DNA of 46,975 bases, from the IMG/VR virus record IMGVR_UViG_3300032084_001260, positions 1-46,975 of that record, one strand, 5' to 3'. Positions 8,498 to 18,829 of this stretch are shown here, in pieces. The first letter of the stretch is position 1, and every line of letters begins with the position of its first letter. The DNA comes from a virus. Taxonomy: Duplodnaviria; Caudoviricetes. Below the pieces are notes generated by a model. The model was given only the letters and a program-made list of their open reading frames with translations. It was not told where the DNA came from and searched no databases. Made by a program: the position numbers and the translations under genes.

Positions 8498-11400
8498 AGC
8501 AAGTAAATACATTATACAATTTCTGGGTAGGTGGCTACTATGATGATTTTTCATCTTCAAGAGCAGTAGCAGACGATTTAAATGATGCTAATGTAAGAAC
8601 ATCAGACCATACTAAAACTCACTTTGGTTCTGCCATTGGAGAAAACGCAAAACTAAATCCAAAATTCAGATACTCATTCCCAGAAAGGACACGCACAAAC
8701 TTATATCTAAGTGGCGAACCTCTCTATGATTATGATACTTATACATTATTAGGCGGTAGTGCTGATGATAAACTTACTCACAATGGTAGCATATCTCAAT
8801 GGTTAAAGTATGACGAAACAAGAGACAATACTACAAGAACATTTTCGCAAGCAAAACCTAAACTGCCTAACTCTGTTTTAGGAAACAGACAGAGATTCAA
8901 TAACGCTTCTGGGGATTCTTATCTTGCTTTCTTTAATGGTCATGATTCTACCGGAAAGTATTACTGTCCTCTTGGTGAAATGGATTTTAGTTGGGGCGCA
9001 TCCCCACTAACTAAACCAGACCTTACAGAGAGTGGTCTAACTCCAGATTATGATAAGTATGCAGGCTCGCCTATCTCTTTCTTACAGAAAGGAAAGGAAA
9101 ACTCTTCTTATCCTACTCATAGCACGGCGGATAAAAAAGTAAATACTATTTCATTTGCTCATGTGTATGTTGCTGAAAGTCCTTCTGAAGAACCTGCTCG
9201 TGACAGACCCACCTTCATTAGCCATGAAATAAAAAGCCCTTCTAAAAATGTATTTTTTATCAATAATATGTATATCGCTCGTGGTTCTGGGCATCCTACC
9301 CCTACTGCTACCTCTGGAACAGAGAGGGTAATAACTTATGATGGGCCACTTAGATTCAAAGGAATAGGAGAAAGTTTTCATTTGCGAATTGCTGTTCACA
9401 AAGTAATAACAGATACTGATTGGGATTATACACTTAAAATAGGCTACAAATCCACAGCAACATATGACAAAACAAATGATGATTTTGATGATACTACTGC
9501 TTTGATGACAGTTCCAATAACATTAGCAGATTTAGGAGTAGATACTGCATTTACTCGATTTGCTAATGGTTTTCCAGATGAGCAACCGGAAGTAGAAGCG
9601 TGGTGCGATATTGAAGTAGTTCCAGACTTTGTTGCTAATACTTGGAGAGCATATTCAAATGGAAGCACTACTTCTTTTGCTAATGGCACTATCAATGTAG
9701 CAGTAGATAAGACTACTTCCTATGGATGGTCTTTGGATGCTAATTGGAGTTTTAATTCTACTTACTATGCTAATATAGTCACAATGATAGACAGAGCCGC
9801 AGTAGCAATCCCTCTTACAAACAAATTCGATGGAACCGTTCCTAATCCCGTAAGTTCCTTTAATATGTCAAGTGGTGCGAATAAAATTAGCACATTGAGA
9901 ATAGAAGTCTTAGATGATGATAACTCTTACACATTAGCCCCTCTAACAACAGGAAATGCTACAACAGAATGGAAACTATTTATGTTCTTAAATAATGAAA
10001 ATAGACCTATCTGGCAAGGCACTATTGAATCAGTTGACCATAGGCAAGACAGCAAAGCGCAGACACTAAAGACAATCATAGGCGCAAGAGATTCACTTAG
10101 CATATTAGATAGAACCTTGCCAATATGGGAATTAGGTCAAAACGCTTTCATAAGTCTAAGTAATCATCTTTCGATGGCTTCTGTTGTTGAAAAGAGAATA
10201 GATGAAACTACCGCTATCTCTGATTCCCTGCTGATGGGTAGTGGAAATATGGGCGCAAAAGGAACAGAGTTAGGTTTCAGCAAATATGATAAAGATACTT
10301 ATTCAGCAGGTATGAGTCCAATCGCAAACGGAAGATGTTCTTTGTATTCTGGTTCTGCGATTCAGATGTATATCAACGAAGACGAAGATGGCCCAAACAA
10401 TATCGAAGACGAATGGGAAGGTTATGATGTATTGCATATTATGGGGCATCACCCTAAGCAAGTTGATAGAGAGTTTATTTTAAAATTCGATGATAGAATA
10501 TATACAGGCACACCGTCTGCTATGTTGCACATTGACACTTATGGCACTATACAGGATGGGGATGATATTGTTGTTAAAGGCACTACTGTTGATGGGGTCT
10601 ACACAGTAAATCAAATGTATTTAATTAAAGATAGGACTACCGAAGAAGACACATGGTTTGTTAGAATAAGAACCACAGATACTACCGGCGCAGATACAGA
10701 TGACCAAATGTTTGAAGCCTCACATATAGAGTCTTTAAACTCTGATTATCAAGGAAAGAAATTGATTAAAATCACAACAACTTCTGCTCATAATCTTTCT
10801 TTGGGTGATGAGTTCTGTTTCCCCGTTGGAATTAGTATAGGTGCTGATGTGTTTCAGCATTTTACAGCAAGACCTCTTAAAGTTATAGCAGTCCCATCAT
10901 CTACTACTCTGCATGTCTTAGTAGAAAGATGGCCTTATGCAGTCAACGACATTAAGTCTGTATCTGGTAGTGATGCTATGGCTTACGATTTATCCGTAAT
11001 CAATGGCTACGATTCAAAGTCATATCCTAAAACCCCCGCCGTAGTTTACAAACAAGGAACAATAACTACTCAACTTCCCCAGATAAGGTCAAAGTATCGC
11101 AATCTACATGCAAGATGGATGAGAGACTTACCTACATCCATTTGGTTCAAAGCACAATTCGGTGTTATAGCGGCTAAACCTTATTGGAGACACGGTAAAG
11201 GTTCGTTCTTAGATAGACCTTTCAATTCTACTCAAGGTGCTGTCCTAAATACTCTTTATGGTTGGAATAGTGACGGCACTGTAAGTGTTGATACTCTGCA
11301 AAATGATTTGAATACATCAACTACTAACTTCGGTGTCACAGACCCTGCTATGTGGTATTATATCAAAACAAATAGACTTAGAGAGTTTATTATTGATTTA

Positions 11401-14400
11401 GTTGACAAGGAAACGGGAGACCATCAGTATATTATCGCAGACACAATAACAGAACCTAATAGTAGCCATACTATTACTTACAGTAAGACAAACAAAGAGT
11501 TTACAACATCATCTGCTCATAGTCTTAGTGATGGTCAGATAGTAATCCATACAGGTTTCTTCCAAGAAGAATTGAACGGTGTCTTTATGGTAGCAGTTCA
11601 AGCATCAAGCACTAAATACAAAGCATGGAAAGTTTCTGATTTCCCGAATACAAACAATTCTTTTGCTTATCTAAAAGCAAAAAGTAGAGGAGAGTCTAAT
11701 TGGAATCAAGGAATTAGTAGACACTATGAAGACCCAGATGGAATTAGTGCTACTTTATTACAAGTAGGCTCTACTGATTTTAACCCAAATTCAAGTTCAA
11801 GCACTGTCGCAAAAGTTCAATATGGTTCTTCAACTATATCTGGAGTTAAAGGTGTTAAGAGAGAATGGCTTAGAGAACACACTATCTATACTCTAAGAAA
11901 GGTTGATGAAAGTAATGGCTACAAGCACTGTTTTGCTCTCTGGGCTGATATGAGGAATGATGGAACAGCAGATGCAGACGGTGGGTATCGCAAACAAGAC
12001 TTCGGTCTCATCCAACCTACCCCCCAGAATTATGAAGTGTCCTTAAGTTTCGCAGACCAATTCGATGAAAACGGAGATGCTGATGTATTTACAGATTTGA
12101 AAATAGGAGAAGACTTAGACTTATGGTCTCTTGACCCAACGACAGAACCCTTTTCCGGTTCTACATGGGCTGATTTAGAAGGTGGGTCAAACGAAGAACC
12201 CTTTGACCAATATCAGAATTGGCAAAATAAAGGCGGTGCAGTCTGCCTCATTGATGTATCAAGATTTTGGAATCTAAACACTAACGCTTGTGGAGGAAGA
12301 CCCGGATATGAAAGTGGTGGACTTGTAGACTTTGGCGACTACGAAACGACAACTCAAGGTTTCCCGTATCTAATTGACAACTACTATCTACATGCTACTG
12401 CGAATTATAAGAATAGTGCTACTTCTTTATTCATGAATAGTCATCCAAACTCTAACTTATTTATCAACGATGGGACTATCCTTCTGCAACAAATAGATGT
12501 TGGGGAAGATTACATCGTGGTTCAAGACGCATCCCAATTTGAATCAAGTGGTTATGGTGTGATACAGTGTATAGGAGGGGCAGGCAGAGACTCTGAAACT
12601 AAAAACTATTACTTCTTCTGGAGTAGCAAAAGCACTCGCACAGATTCGGCAGGTAGAGTCGGGGATTCTTTAGAAGGTGTCTTCATAACAGAATATGAAA
12701 TAGTCACAGGCCCGAAGAATGTGATAGACCAATTGAAGGTTGATGAGACTGCGGGTGCAACGGGAAGTGATGTGACAATAGGTAGTAATGAGTTCTTGAC
12801 TGAAAACATCGAAGGCAACTTTGATAAAGTTAGAGTTTATAACTCCCCAGCCGCTTTATTTTCTTTTAGACTTGTATTAAATTTGACAGGTCTTGTAAAA
12901 GCACCTAACTCTGGAACATTCTTTGCGTCTGATAAGATGAGATATATGCAATCAATGATTCTTACAGATAATTGGTCTTCAAACTCTTCTCTGCCGTGCA
13001 TTTCAGATATCGCAAACATCCCTAAGACTAACGATTTAGATTCTGACAACTTTGGTTCTGTTCACGATGCAAGAGGACAGACTATTATGAATCTTCTAAA
13101 CGATATGAAAGACAAAGAAGGTAATGGTATATCTGGCAACTTAAAGACATTCTCTTGGTTAATGGGAAGAGATAATAGATTGGATTTCAGAGAATCTTAC
13201 CCAAGCAACCATTCATTTACAAGAAGCAATCTAAAAGCATCAAATTTAGCAACACAGACGGGTGGTAAAATTACAAATGTCAGAGTATACTACAACGGAA
13301 ACTCTGCTTTCGCAGATTACCCTACTCCCTCTGGTAGTGATTTAAGGTGGAGAGTTCTGAATTATCCAGACATATTCAATAGAGAAGAAGCATTGAGTAT
13401 CGCAAAACAAGAATATCTTAGAGAGAATACATCAAGAATTAGCGTAGATGCAGAAGTAATTAGAGATACAGACGAATCAAACTTAATGACAGACGGTGGT
13501 AGGTTTGGTTATGTTGCAGATGTATCAAGGAATTTGACATATGAAGATAGATTCAGTTTAGCGTGGTGGACTAACAACTTAGGAGGTCAGCCTTTCTTTG
13601 GTATACAAAATGCTTTAGACACAGAAGCGTTGACCGATGAAGACGCATCATCAACAGGTATAGTCTATGCTACAACCAATGATGGAACAGCATCAGCCGA
13701 AGATTGGCAGACTGATAATCAACTAATCATGGGTCTTGTGACTGATGATGATACAGGTCTAACCGGCCTTGCGGCAGGTGCGGCTCTACCTGCGACTCCC
13801 GGATTTATTCAAGTAGTTAGCACATCCCCGCCTACTTATCAATGGGATTATGACGGAAGCGGTTCTTACGGGCCATCTGTTGTAATGAATAGCAATAATA
13901 CATGGTATACTCTTACTTCTACTGTTAGTGGAACAACATACAGTCTATCTGTTTACAAAATAGATGGAACAGTAGCAACAGCCTCCGGTCAAAATGTATT
14001 GTATGGTAGGTCGCACAGAAGAACAAATAGTGCCTACTTTTGGTATGGCACTAACAGCATATCTAATGCCGTGCAGGTAGTTCATGTTGATAAAAACACT
14101 CCTAAAGTTAGTGAATCAACAGGTAATGAGATAAGACTTGCGATTGCTTATGATTCCGGGGCTACTTCTGATGTAGCAAACTTTAGATTATTCGCATTAG
14201 ATTACTCTTTCGATGAGGCAATTGATTCAAGCGGTGGCCCCGGTAATGAAAAACCTCCTTTGCTAACTGCTACTTTACAAGATTCTGCGAGTGTAGAGAT
14301 TGACGGTAATGGCTACTTTGAAATCACTTTACCTGCATCTTACACTTCTGGAACGCACAAAGTAGTATTTTCAGTGGATATTGATTATCTTAGAGATGTT

Positions 14401-15564
14401 TTGCGATATAGAAGTAGCAATCAAATTAACAATGCTCACAATATATTAGGCGATACTACTTATTCTACTTTTAATTCTGATAGCGCATTCCCTCTCGGAG
14501 TAAGACAATTCGATAGTATGGGCGCACAGGGAGATGAGAGGGCGGCTTTCTACGCACCAAGACTGCATGTAGTTGATGATTTGAATTACATTCCGGCAAC
14601 TACCTTAACATACACCGATGATTATATTGATTTGAACAGTGAGACTATGGTAATAAGAGATATTATGTGGGGTCAAAGCGGAAATAACCACGAGAAGGTA
14701 AGTCTAAAGTTAGAGAAGGTTGAAAGCCACTACAACTACGATTTCACAAGAGCATTTAAACGCAATAACCCACAAAACACTCCAAGACCCGGCAACCCCC
14801 CTTCTCCCGTTGGCCCAGCAAGACCGCCATTCGGAGGAGGTCTTGGTAGTAGCGTAGGAGGTTTACAGCAATTATCAACTTCTTCTAATGTAAGGGATGA
14901 GCAATCGCAATTTGCAGGTCTATCATCTAACAGTATGGCAAAGAGTCTAAGCAGAGGTCTGAAAGGCCGTGCCGACTTTGCATCTGATAGAGCATCCTCA
15001 AATGCAACATGGGGAGTATTAGGTAGTAAAACCACAGGTAAAGCATCGTCTTTCGATAGGGCGATTGATGGTCTTGATAGTGCCATGTCTTCATCTGGCT
15101 CTGCAATAGCAACATCAGAAGGTTTCACATTAGCCGGTATCTCCGACCCAGAAGTAGGGGCGCAAGGAGAAACACATTCGCATAGTATGAATGTAAGAGT
15201 TCCGAATGATGCAAGCACAGGATATGTGTCTGTCCTTGCGAGTGTATCTCTGGAAAGCGTCACAGGCGGAGGTAATGCTGAAATCACAACTACCGTCACT
15301 TGTAGTGAAACAGGTGCTTCTGTCTCTAATACAAAGATAATATCGCAAGGCTCAAGCAACTCGAATGTAATACTTCTCCCAACTACATTCTTGAACGGTG
15401 CTTCTACTGCTAATAATACTCTGACAGTGACCTTTGAAAGAAAACCGGCGCAAGGCAACGATGGCGCAGGTTATCAGTCTCTGGTAATACACAATGTATC
15501 AGTCAATGTAAGAAGATACAACAGCCCGACAGTGGCACAGAGCGATACCTTTAGGGGATATTGA
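8494..15564 (+). CDS. giant tail-tip protein (baseplate hub/Tal-like scaffold with large beta-rich insertions)
   Basis: 2356 aa directly after TMP; hub-like segments RPIWQGTIESV...GARDSLSILD and ITNVRVY...YPDIFNREEALSIAKQEY; TTxSAHxLSxG repeats. Confidence 0.75.
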   Translation: MKQVNTLYNFWVGGYYDDFSSSRAVADDLNDANVRTSDHTKTHFGSAIGENAKLNPKFRYSFPERTRTNLYLSGEPLYDYDTYTLLGGSADDKLTHNGSISQWLKYDETRDNTTRTFSQAKPKLPNSVLGNRQRFNNASGDSYLAFFNGHDSTGKYYCPLGEMDFSWGASPLTKPDLTESGLTPDYDKYAGSPISFLQKGKENSSYPTHSTADKKVNTISFAHVYVAESPSEEPARDRPTFISHEIKSPSKNVFFINNMYIARGSGHPTPTATSGTERVITYDGPLRFKGIGESFHLRIAVHKVITDTDWDYTLKIGYKSTATYDKTNDDFDDTTALMTVPITLADLGVDTAFTRFANGFPDEQPEVEAWCDIEVVPDFVANTWRAYSNGSTTSFANGTINVAVDKTTSYGWSLDANWSFNSTYYANIVTMIDRAAVAIPLTNKFDGTVPNPVSSFNMSSGANKISTLRIEVLDDDNSYTLAPLTTGNATTEWKLFMFLNNENRPIWQGTIESVDHRQDSKAQTLKTIIGARDSLSILDRTLPIWELGQNAFISLSNHLSMASVVEKRIDETTAISDSLLMGSGNMGAKGTELGFSKYDKDTYSAGMSPIANGRCSLYSGSAIQMYINEDEDGPNNIEDEWEGYDVLHIMGHHPKQVDREFILKFDDRIYTGTPSAMLHIDTYGTIQDGDDIVVKGTTVDGVYTVNQMYLIKDRTTEEDTWFVRIRTTDTTGADTDDQMFEASHIESLNSDYQGKKLIKITTTSAHNLSLGDEFCFPVGISIGADVFQHFTARPLKVIAVPSSTTLHVLVERWPYAVNDIKSVSGSDAMAYDLSVINGYDSKSYPKTPAVVYKQGTITTQLPQIRSKYRNLHARWMRDLPTSIWFKAQFGVIAAKPYWRHGKGSFLDRPFNSTQGAVLNTLYGWNSDGTVSVDTLQNDLNTSTTNFGVTDPAMWYYIKTNRLREFIIDLVDKETGDHQYIIADTITEPNSSHTITYSKTNKEFTTSSAHSLSDGQIVIHTGFFQEELNGVFMVAVQASSTKYKAWKVSDFPNTNNSFAYLKAKSRGESNWNQGISRHYEDPDGISATLLQVGSTDFNPNSSSSTVAKVQYGSSTISGVKGVKREWLREHTIYTLRKVDESNGYKHCFALWADMRNDGTADADGGYRKQDFGLIQPTPQNYEVSLSFADQFDENGDADVFTDLKIGEDLDLWSLDPTTEPFSGSTWADLEGGSNEEPFDQYQNWQNKGGAVCLIDVSRFWNLNTNACGGRPGYESGGLVDFGDYETTTQGFPYLIDNYYLHATANYKNSATSLFMNSHPNSNLFINDGTILLQQIDVGEDYIVVQDASQFESSGYGVIQCIGGAGRDSETKNYYFFWSSKSTRTDSAGRVGDSLEGVFITEYEIVTGPKNVIDQLKVDETAGATGSDVTIGSNEFLTENIEGNFDKVRVYNSPAALFSFRLVLNLTGLVKAPNSGTFFASDKMRYMQSMILTDNWSSNSSLPCISDIANIPKTNDLDSDNFGSVHDARGQTIMNLLNDMKDKEGNGISGNLKTFSWLMGRDNRLDFRESYPSNHSFTRSNLKASNLATQTGGKITNVRVYYNGNSAFADYPTPSGSDLRWRVLNYPDIFNREEALSIAKQEYLRENTSRISVDAEVIRDTDESNLMTDGGRFGYVADVSRNLTYEDRFSLAWWTNNLGGQPFFGIQNALDTEALTDEDASSTGIVYATTNDGTASAEDWQTDNQLIMGLVTDDDTGLTGLAAGAALPATPGFIQVVSTSPPTYQWDYDGSGSYGPSVVMNSNNTWYTLTSTVSGTTYSLSVYKIDGTVATASGQNVLYGRSHRRTNSAYFWYGTNSISNAVQVVHVDKNTPKVSESTGNEIRLAIAYDSGATSDVANFRLFALDYSFDEAIDSSGGPGNEKPPLLTATLQDSASVEIDGNGYFEITLPASYTSGTHKVVFSVDIDYLRDVLRYRSSNQINNAHNILGDTTYSTFNSDSAFPLGVRQFDSMGAQGDERAAFYAPRLHVVDDLNYIPATTLTYTDDYIDLNSETMVIRDIMWGQSGNNHEKVSLKLEKVESHYNYDFTRAFKRNNPQNTPRPGNPPSPVGPARPPFGGGLGSSVGGLQQLSTSSNVRDEQSQFAGLSSNSMAKSLSRGLKGRADFASDRASSNATWGVLGSKTTGKASSFDRAIDGLDSAMSSSGSAIATSEGFTLAGISDPEVGAQGETHSHSMNVRVPNDASTGYVSVLASVSLESVTGGGNAEITTTVTCSETGASVSNTKIISQGSSNSNVILLPTTFLNGASTANNTLTVTFERKPAQGNDGAGYQSLVIHNVSVNVRRYNSPTVAQSDTFRGY

Positions 15565-15569
15565 GATGG

Positions 15570-15643
15570 TGGGTCGGGAGTAGAGGTGAGAGAGCCAAAA
15601 ACCAAAGGAAGAACCCAACAGAAGTGAGGAAACTCCCGACCCA
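15570..15643. repeat. 12-bp perfect inverted repeat with 50-nt loop at the convergent gene junction
   Basis: TGGGTCGGGAGT (15570-15581) / ACTCCCGACCCA (15632-15643). Confidence 0.85.
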
Positions 15644-15667
15644 GACTGACATTAATTTTGAGAATTA

Positions 15668-16375
15668 TTAAGGTTTCCATTCCTTTCTTAAATCCTTTAT
15701 TCTCTTTGCTAAGACTCTACCGACTCCCTTTATTTTCATAAGGTCTTTCTGTCTAACCTTTGTCTTTAGCAAGTTAGGAATAGAACCGTATTGTTCCAAT
15801 AGTCTTTCTGCTATATCTTGACTGATTCCTTGTATTCCCATCAGAGCCAGAAGTCTTGGGTCGGTAGGCAAACTCTTAATCTTCTTATTCAATTTCAGAC
15901 TCGAAGTCATTTGTTTTTTGAGATGCGAAATAGCAAGCCATTCAACAAACTCATCCATAGTAGTGAATTGAATAATCCTTATTTTAGGAAAGTGCGAATA
16001 TACTGTCATTTTGAAAGATTTGATTACTCTGTTCATCTTTGCTATTTCCCTTGATATTTCATGGGCTTTAGCCTTCCTTCCTTTGAAATATGGTTTCAGT
16101 TGTGTGCCATAGATGGCAAGGAAAGGAGTATCGCAAGATTCGGATAATTCATGTAGTTGATGATTGATTGTCCTACCGTTCCTACCTATACCTAAGATAC
16201 TGCGATACAAATCATTTATTTCTTTAGCCTCTATCACCCATTCTCCTAAAATATAGTCTCCATGAGGTAGTCTTTTTACCATGACTTCTCCCTTTGGGTC
16301 TACCTTACGATTTCCACAGGCAACGAATAACTTATGCAGAAGTTTCTCGTTCTCTCTGTCGTCTGCGTATATCAT
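15668..16375 (-). CDS. ERCC4/XPF-family nuclease with C-terminal HhH (probable resolvase)
   Basis: ADDRE, GDY, IEAKEINDL core; GIQGIS and IKGVG HhH motifs; start trimmed to ATG 16375. Confidence 0.85.
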   Translation of the reverse strand: MIYADDRENEKLLHKLFVACGNRKVDPKGEVMVKRLPHGDYILGEWVIEAKEINDLYRSILGIGRNGRTINHQLHELSESCDTPFLAIYGTQLKPYFKGRKAKAHEISREIAKMNRVIKSFKMTVYSHFPKIRIIQFTTMDEFVEWLAISHLKKQMTSSLKLNKKIKSLPTDPRLLALMGIQGISQDIAERLLEQYGSIPNLLKTKVRQKDLMKIKGVGRVLAKRIKDLRKEWKP

Positions 16376-16400
16376 GTTATAAGACAAAACTTTGTCATAC

Positions 16401-17393
16401 TTAACTACAATACCAACAATCTTCTCCATTACAGAGATTATGTTTGCGATACCAAAAGGGAGAAGGGGCGTTTCTGTAATTTTGCATCCCAACCACATAC
16501 TTCTTTGTGATATTAGGATGGTAGTCAATCCAATCAAGAGCCTCAATAAAATCACAGATGTTATCTGCTATCTCATCCTTTTCCTCTTGCGACAAATCTC
16601 TTGGGTCGGCATACCATCGTAGTTGCCTGCTCATCTCTTGAACAAGAGCGACACGGACATGATGGGGTGGATTAGATACTCTAATTGCTCTATCGAGACA
16701 AGTAGGTAGGGCTACCTCCCCATTATGATTCCCAACCTTTACGGTTGCTCTTTGTGTGCTTGGTATTCTATCAACGAAGGGATTCTCATTATTCCACATC
16801 ACTAAGTCAAAGCAAGAATCAGCGTTAAAATCGCCTGTAAAGGGGTCTAAATGCTCTAAGGTAGGTTGGGGTCTATTTGGTATTTTGTAGCCCATAGGGT
16901 CTTCAGAGAAGCCATTATGGTCAATTACAACACACCAACGATTCCTTGTGACATTGTAGGTATTAGAGACACGAGTAAGTTTTTCTGGGTAGCCTACTCC
17001 GTCAAGTGAAATAAGACCTTCCGCCATCTTACGCTCATACCTATCAAGATGCAAAGCCCACTGTCTGCCTCTAACAGGTCTTTTGAAAAACTGATGAACA
17101 TGAAAACCTCTGCCGGTAGCCACTAACCTAACTTCACCTTCAAGGCGGGAAAGGAGTGTGGCTACATCGTTCTTTACTGTCTCCATATCATAATCTTCGT
17201 TAGTATCAAAATCCCACCATGCCCTGTCTATAACTACACTATCGTAGTCTGTTAAATCATCAAAAGAATACAGGCTTGTGTAAATATTACTCATGCCATT
17301 TAGTTTAGATAGATAGGAAGTAAAGGTATCATAATCAAGACATTTTTGTCTTTTCAGACCTATCTGTCTGGGAAATGATAGTTTGGCTCTCAT
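16401..17393 (-). CDS. archaeo-eukaryotic primase, PriS catalytic domain fused to PriL-like Cys domain
   Basis: WWDFD and GRGFHVH AEP motifs; C-terminal LPTC...PPHHVR...LC...C; start 17393 after GGTGA. Confidence 0.85.
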   Translation of the reverse strand: MRAKLSFPRQIGLKRQKCLDYDTFTSYLSKLNGMSNIYTSLYSFDDLTDYDSVVIDRAWWDFDTNEDYDMETVKNDVATLLSRLEGEVRLVATGRGFHVHQFFKRPVRGRQWALHLDRYERKMAEGLISLDGVGYPEKLTRVSNTYNVTRNRWCVVIDHNGFSEDPMGYKIPNRPQPTLEHLDPFTGDFNADSCFDLVMWNNENPFVDRIPSTQRATVKVGNHNGEVALPTCLDRAIRVSNPPHHVRVALVQEMSRQLRWYADPRDLSQEEKDEIADNICDFIEALDWIDYHPNITKKYVVGMQNYRNAPSPFWYRKHNLCNGEDCWYCS

Positions 17394-17409
17394 GGTATTC
17401 ACCATGTCC

Positions 17410-17556
17410 TTAGTCCTTAATAAACTGCCTATGACCACACATCTTGCAGATATGGTATTTTTCAGAAGCAGTATCTATATCTCCGGTAATCAACATCACA
17501 GGCGTAGCCCAATCTTTATCTGTCGCAATAAAAGCGTCACACATTTCACATATCAT
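17410..17556 (-). CDS. zinc-ribbon microprotein (48 aa)
   Basis: MICEMCDAF...HICKMCGHRQFIKD*; TAATG coupling to the upstream gene; not in the ORF track. Confidence 0.7.
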   Translation of the reverse strand: MICEMCDAFIATDKDWATPVMLITGDIDTASEKYHICKMCGHRQFIKD

Positions 17557-18500
17557 TACAAATCACTCCATAAATTTTCAAGACCATTTCTTTCACTCTC
17601 GCAAGACATTGAAAAATCACACCATAGAGGGCAGAAATAATCATTCCAATTCATACCCCACTGATGTTCTTTGATACCACTTACACATTTTTTAAGTGAT
17701 TTGCTAAAAGCAGAGAGGCTTGCGCCGTGAATCTTCTCTACTACTAAGAAACCTTTAGCCCCCTCTGCTATTGCGACTTCTCTTTTAGAATCAGAATCAA
17801 GCCATCCTTTCTCTGAACAGAGGACTCTATCTTCATCCCACTCATCCCAATCATCTTTCCAATTGCATAATTCTGCTACAAACTTTGGATTAAATGCGTC
17901 TGGGGATAAGTAGGCAAAATGAGTTATAGGTCTGGTTTCACCCATAAGTTTTAGCATATGAGTATAGTAGCACATCTCTTTGCGAGTCTTATCAAACTTA
18001 GTCTTAGCCATATTACCTGTCTTCAATTCATATATACACAGACCGCCGTCTGGGTGTTCAAGAATACCATCAATTAGACCGACAAGCACTACTTCATTTT
18101 CAGCATCCCATACTACTCTCTTGACTTCATACTCAACGGGTTTGAAGTTTTCAAGACCCCATCTCTCTATCCTACATTCTTCTAAGAATGCGATTACCTC
18201 ATTAGCAGGGTCTTCTCTTTCTTCGGGGATTAGTGGGCCAAGAACAGACTGTCCTTCCCAATTATCATATAGAGTCTCTAAGTTAGTATGAACATACTTA
18301 CCACGAGCCATAGCCTCTGTTTCCGGCAATCTCCTATCCTTGAGTTGGACTCTCGACCACCAATATTTACGAGGACAGCCATCATAACCTATGAAAGAAG
18401 ACTTCGACATTCTTAGGAGTTTGTCGGTGTCGTTAGGGTCATAACTGCTATTAGCATCTAACTCCTCAACAGACATTTCTGTTGGGTCTTTCATAATCAT
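17556..18500 (-). CDS. Cas4-like PD-(D/E)XK exonuclease
   Basis: GCPRKYW, GKYVH, GLIDG...YELKTG and C-terminal CPLWCDFSMSC Fe-S ligands; no CRISPR context. Confidence 0.85.
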   Translation of the reverse strand: MIMKDPTEMSVEELDANSSYDPNDTDKLLRMSKSSFIGYDGCPRKYWWSRVQLKDRRLPETEAMARGKYVHTNLETLYDNWEGQSVLGPLIPEEREDPANEVIAFLEECRIERWGLENFKPVEYEVKRVVWDAENEVVLVGLIDGILEHPDGGLCIYELKTGNMAKTKFDKTRKEMCYYTHMLKLMGETRPITHFAYLSPDAFNPKFVAELCNWKDDWDEWDEDRVLCSEKGWLDSDSKREVAIAEGAKGFLVVEKIHGASLSAFSKSLKKCVSGIKEHQWGMNWNDYFCPLWCDFSMSCESERNGLENLWSDL

Positions 18501-18793
18501 TCCTCTTCTAAAGGTAGAGTAGTCTGCTCTGTATCATCAAGAGAGGCTTCGCAGTAAGGACATATGTCTGGCTTTTCAATGCCTTCAAATTGTGGCACTC
18601 TGATTGAGCCAGAGCATGAAGGACATTCATCTTCTGAAATCAAATCAAGGTGTTGTAGGGTCTTCAATATCAGAGTATTGTGTTTCTCCAATTCTTGCAT
18701 AATCATGTGTAGGAAGCCATCAATCCTTCCGGCCATGATACTCATCTTTTCGTCAATTTGTTTTATCGTAGGTTTCTTAGTTGCCCTGCTCAT
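18497..18793 (-). CDS. coiled-coil plus zinc-ribbon protein
   Basis: CPSC...CPYC; start 18793 lies 30 bp below the TATA motif. Confidence 0.7.
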   Translation of the reverse strand: MSRATKKPTIKQIDEKMSIMAGRIDGFLHMIMQELEKHNTLILKTLQHLDLISEDECPSCSGSIRVPQFEGIEKPDICPYCEASLDDTEQTTLPLEEE

Positions 18794-18829
18794 GTTATCT
18801 CCACACACCTATGACTTAATAAACCTACC

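Noticed and set aside
14736-15458. 240-aa minus-strand ORF
   Set aside because: Antisense shadow of the Ser/Gly/Thr-rich end of the tail-tip gene; no motifs or RBS
16376-16555. N-terminal extension of the ERCC4 ORF in the track
   Set aside because: Overlaps the primase gene; the nuclease motif starts at ATG 16375, which has a TATA 29 bp upstream
17556-18500. Cas4-like gene as evidence of a CRISPR system
   Set aside because: No array or other cas genes seen; stand-alone Cas4-like nucleases are common in archaeal virus replication modules
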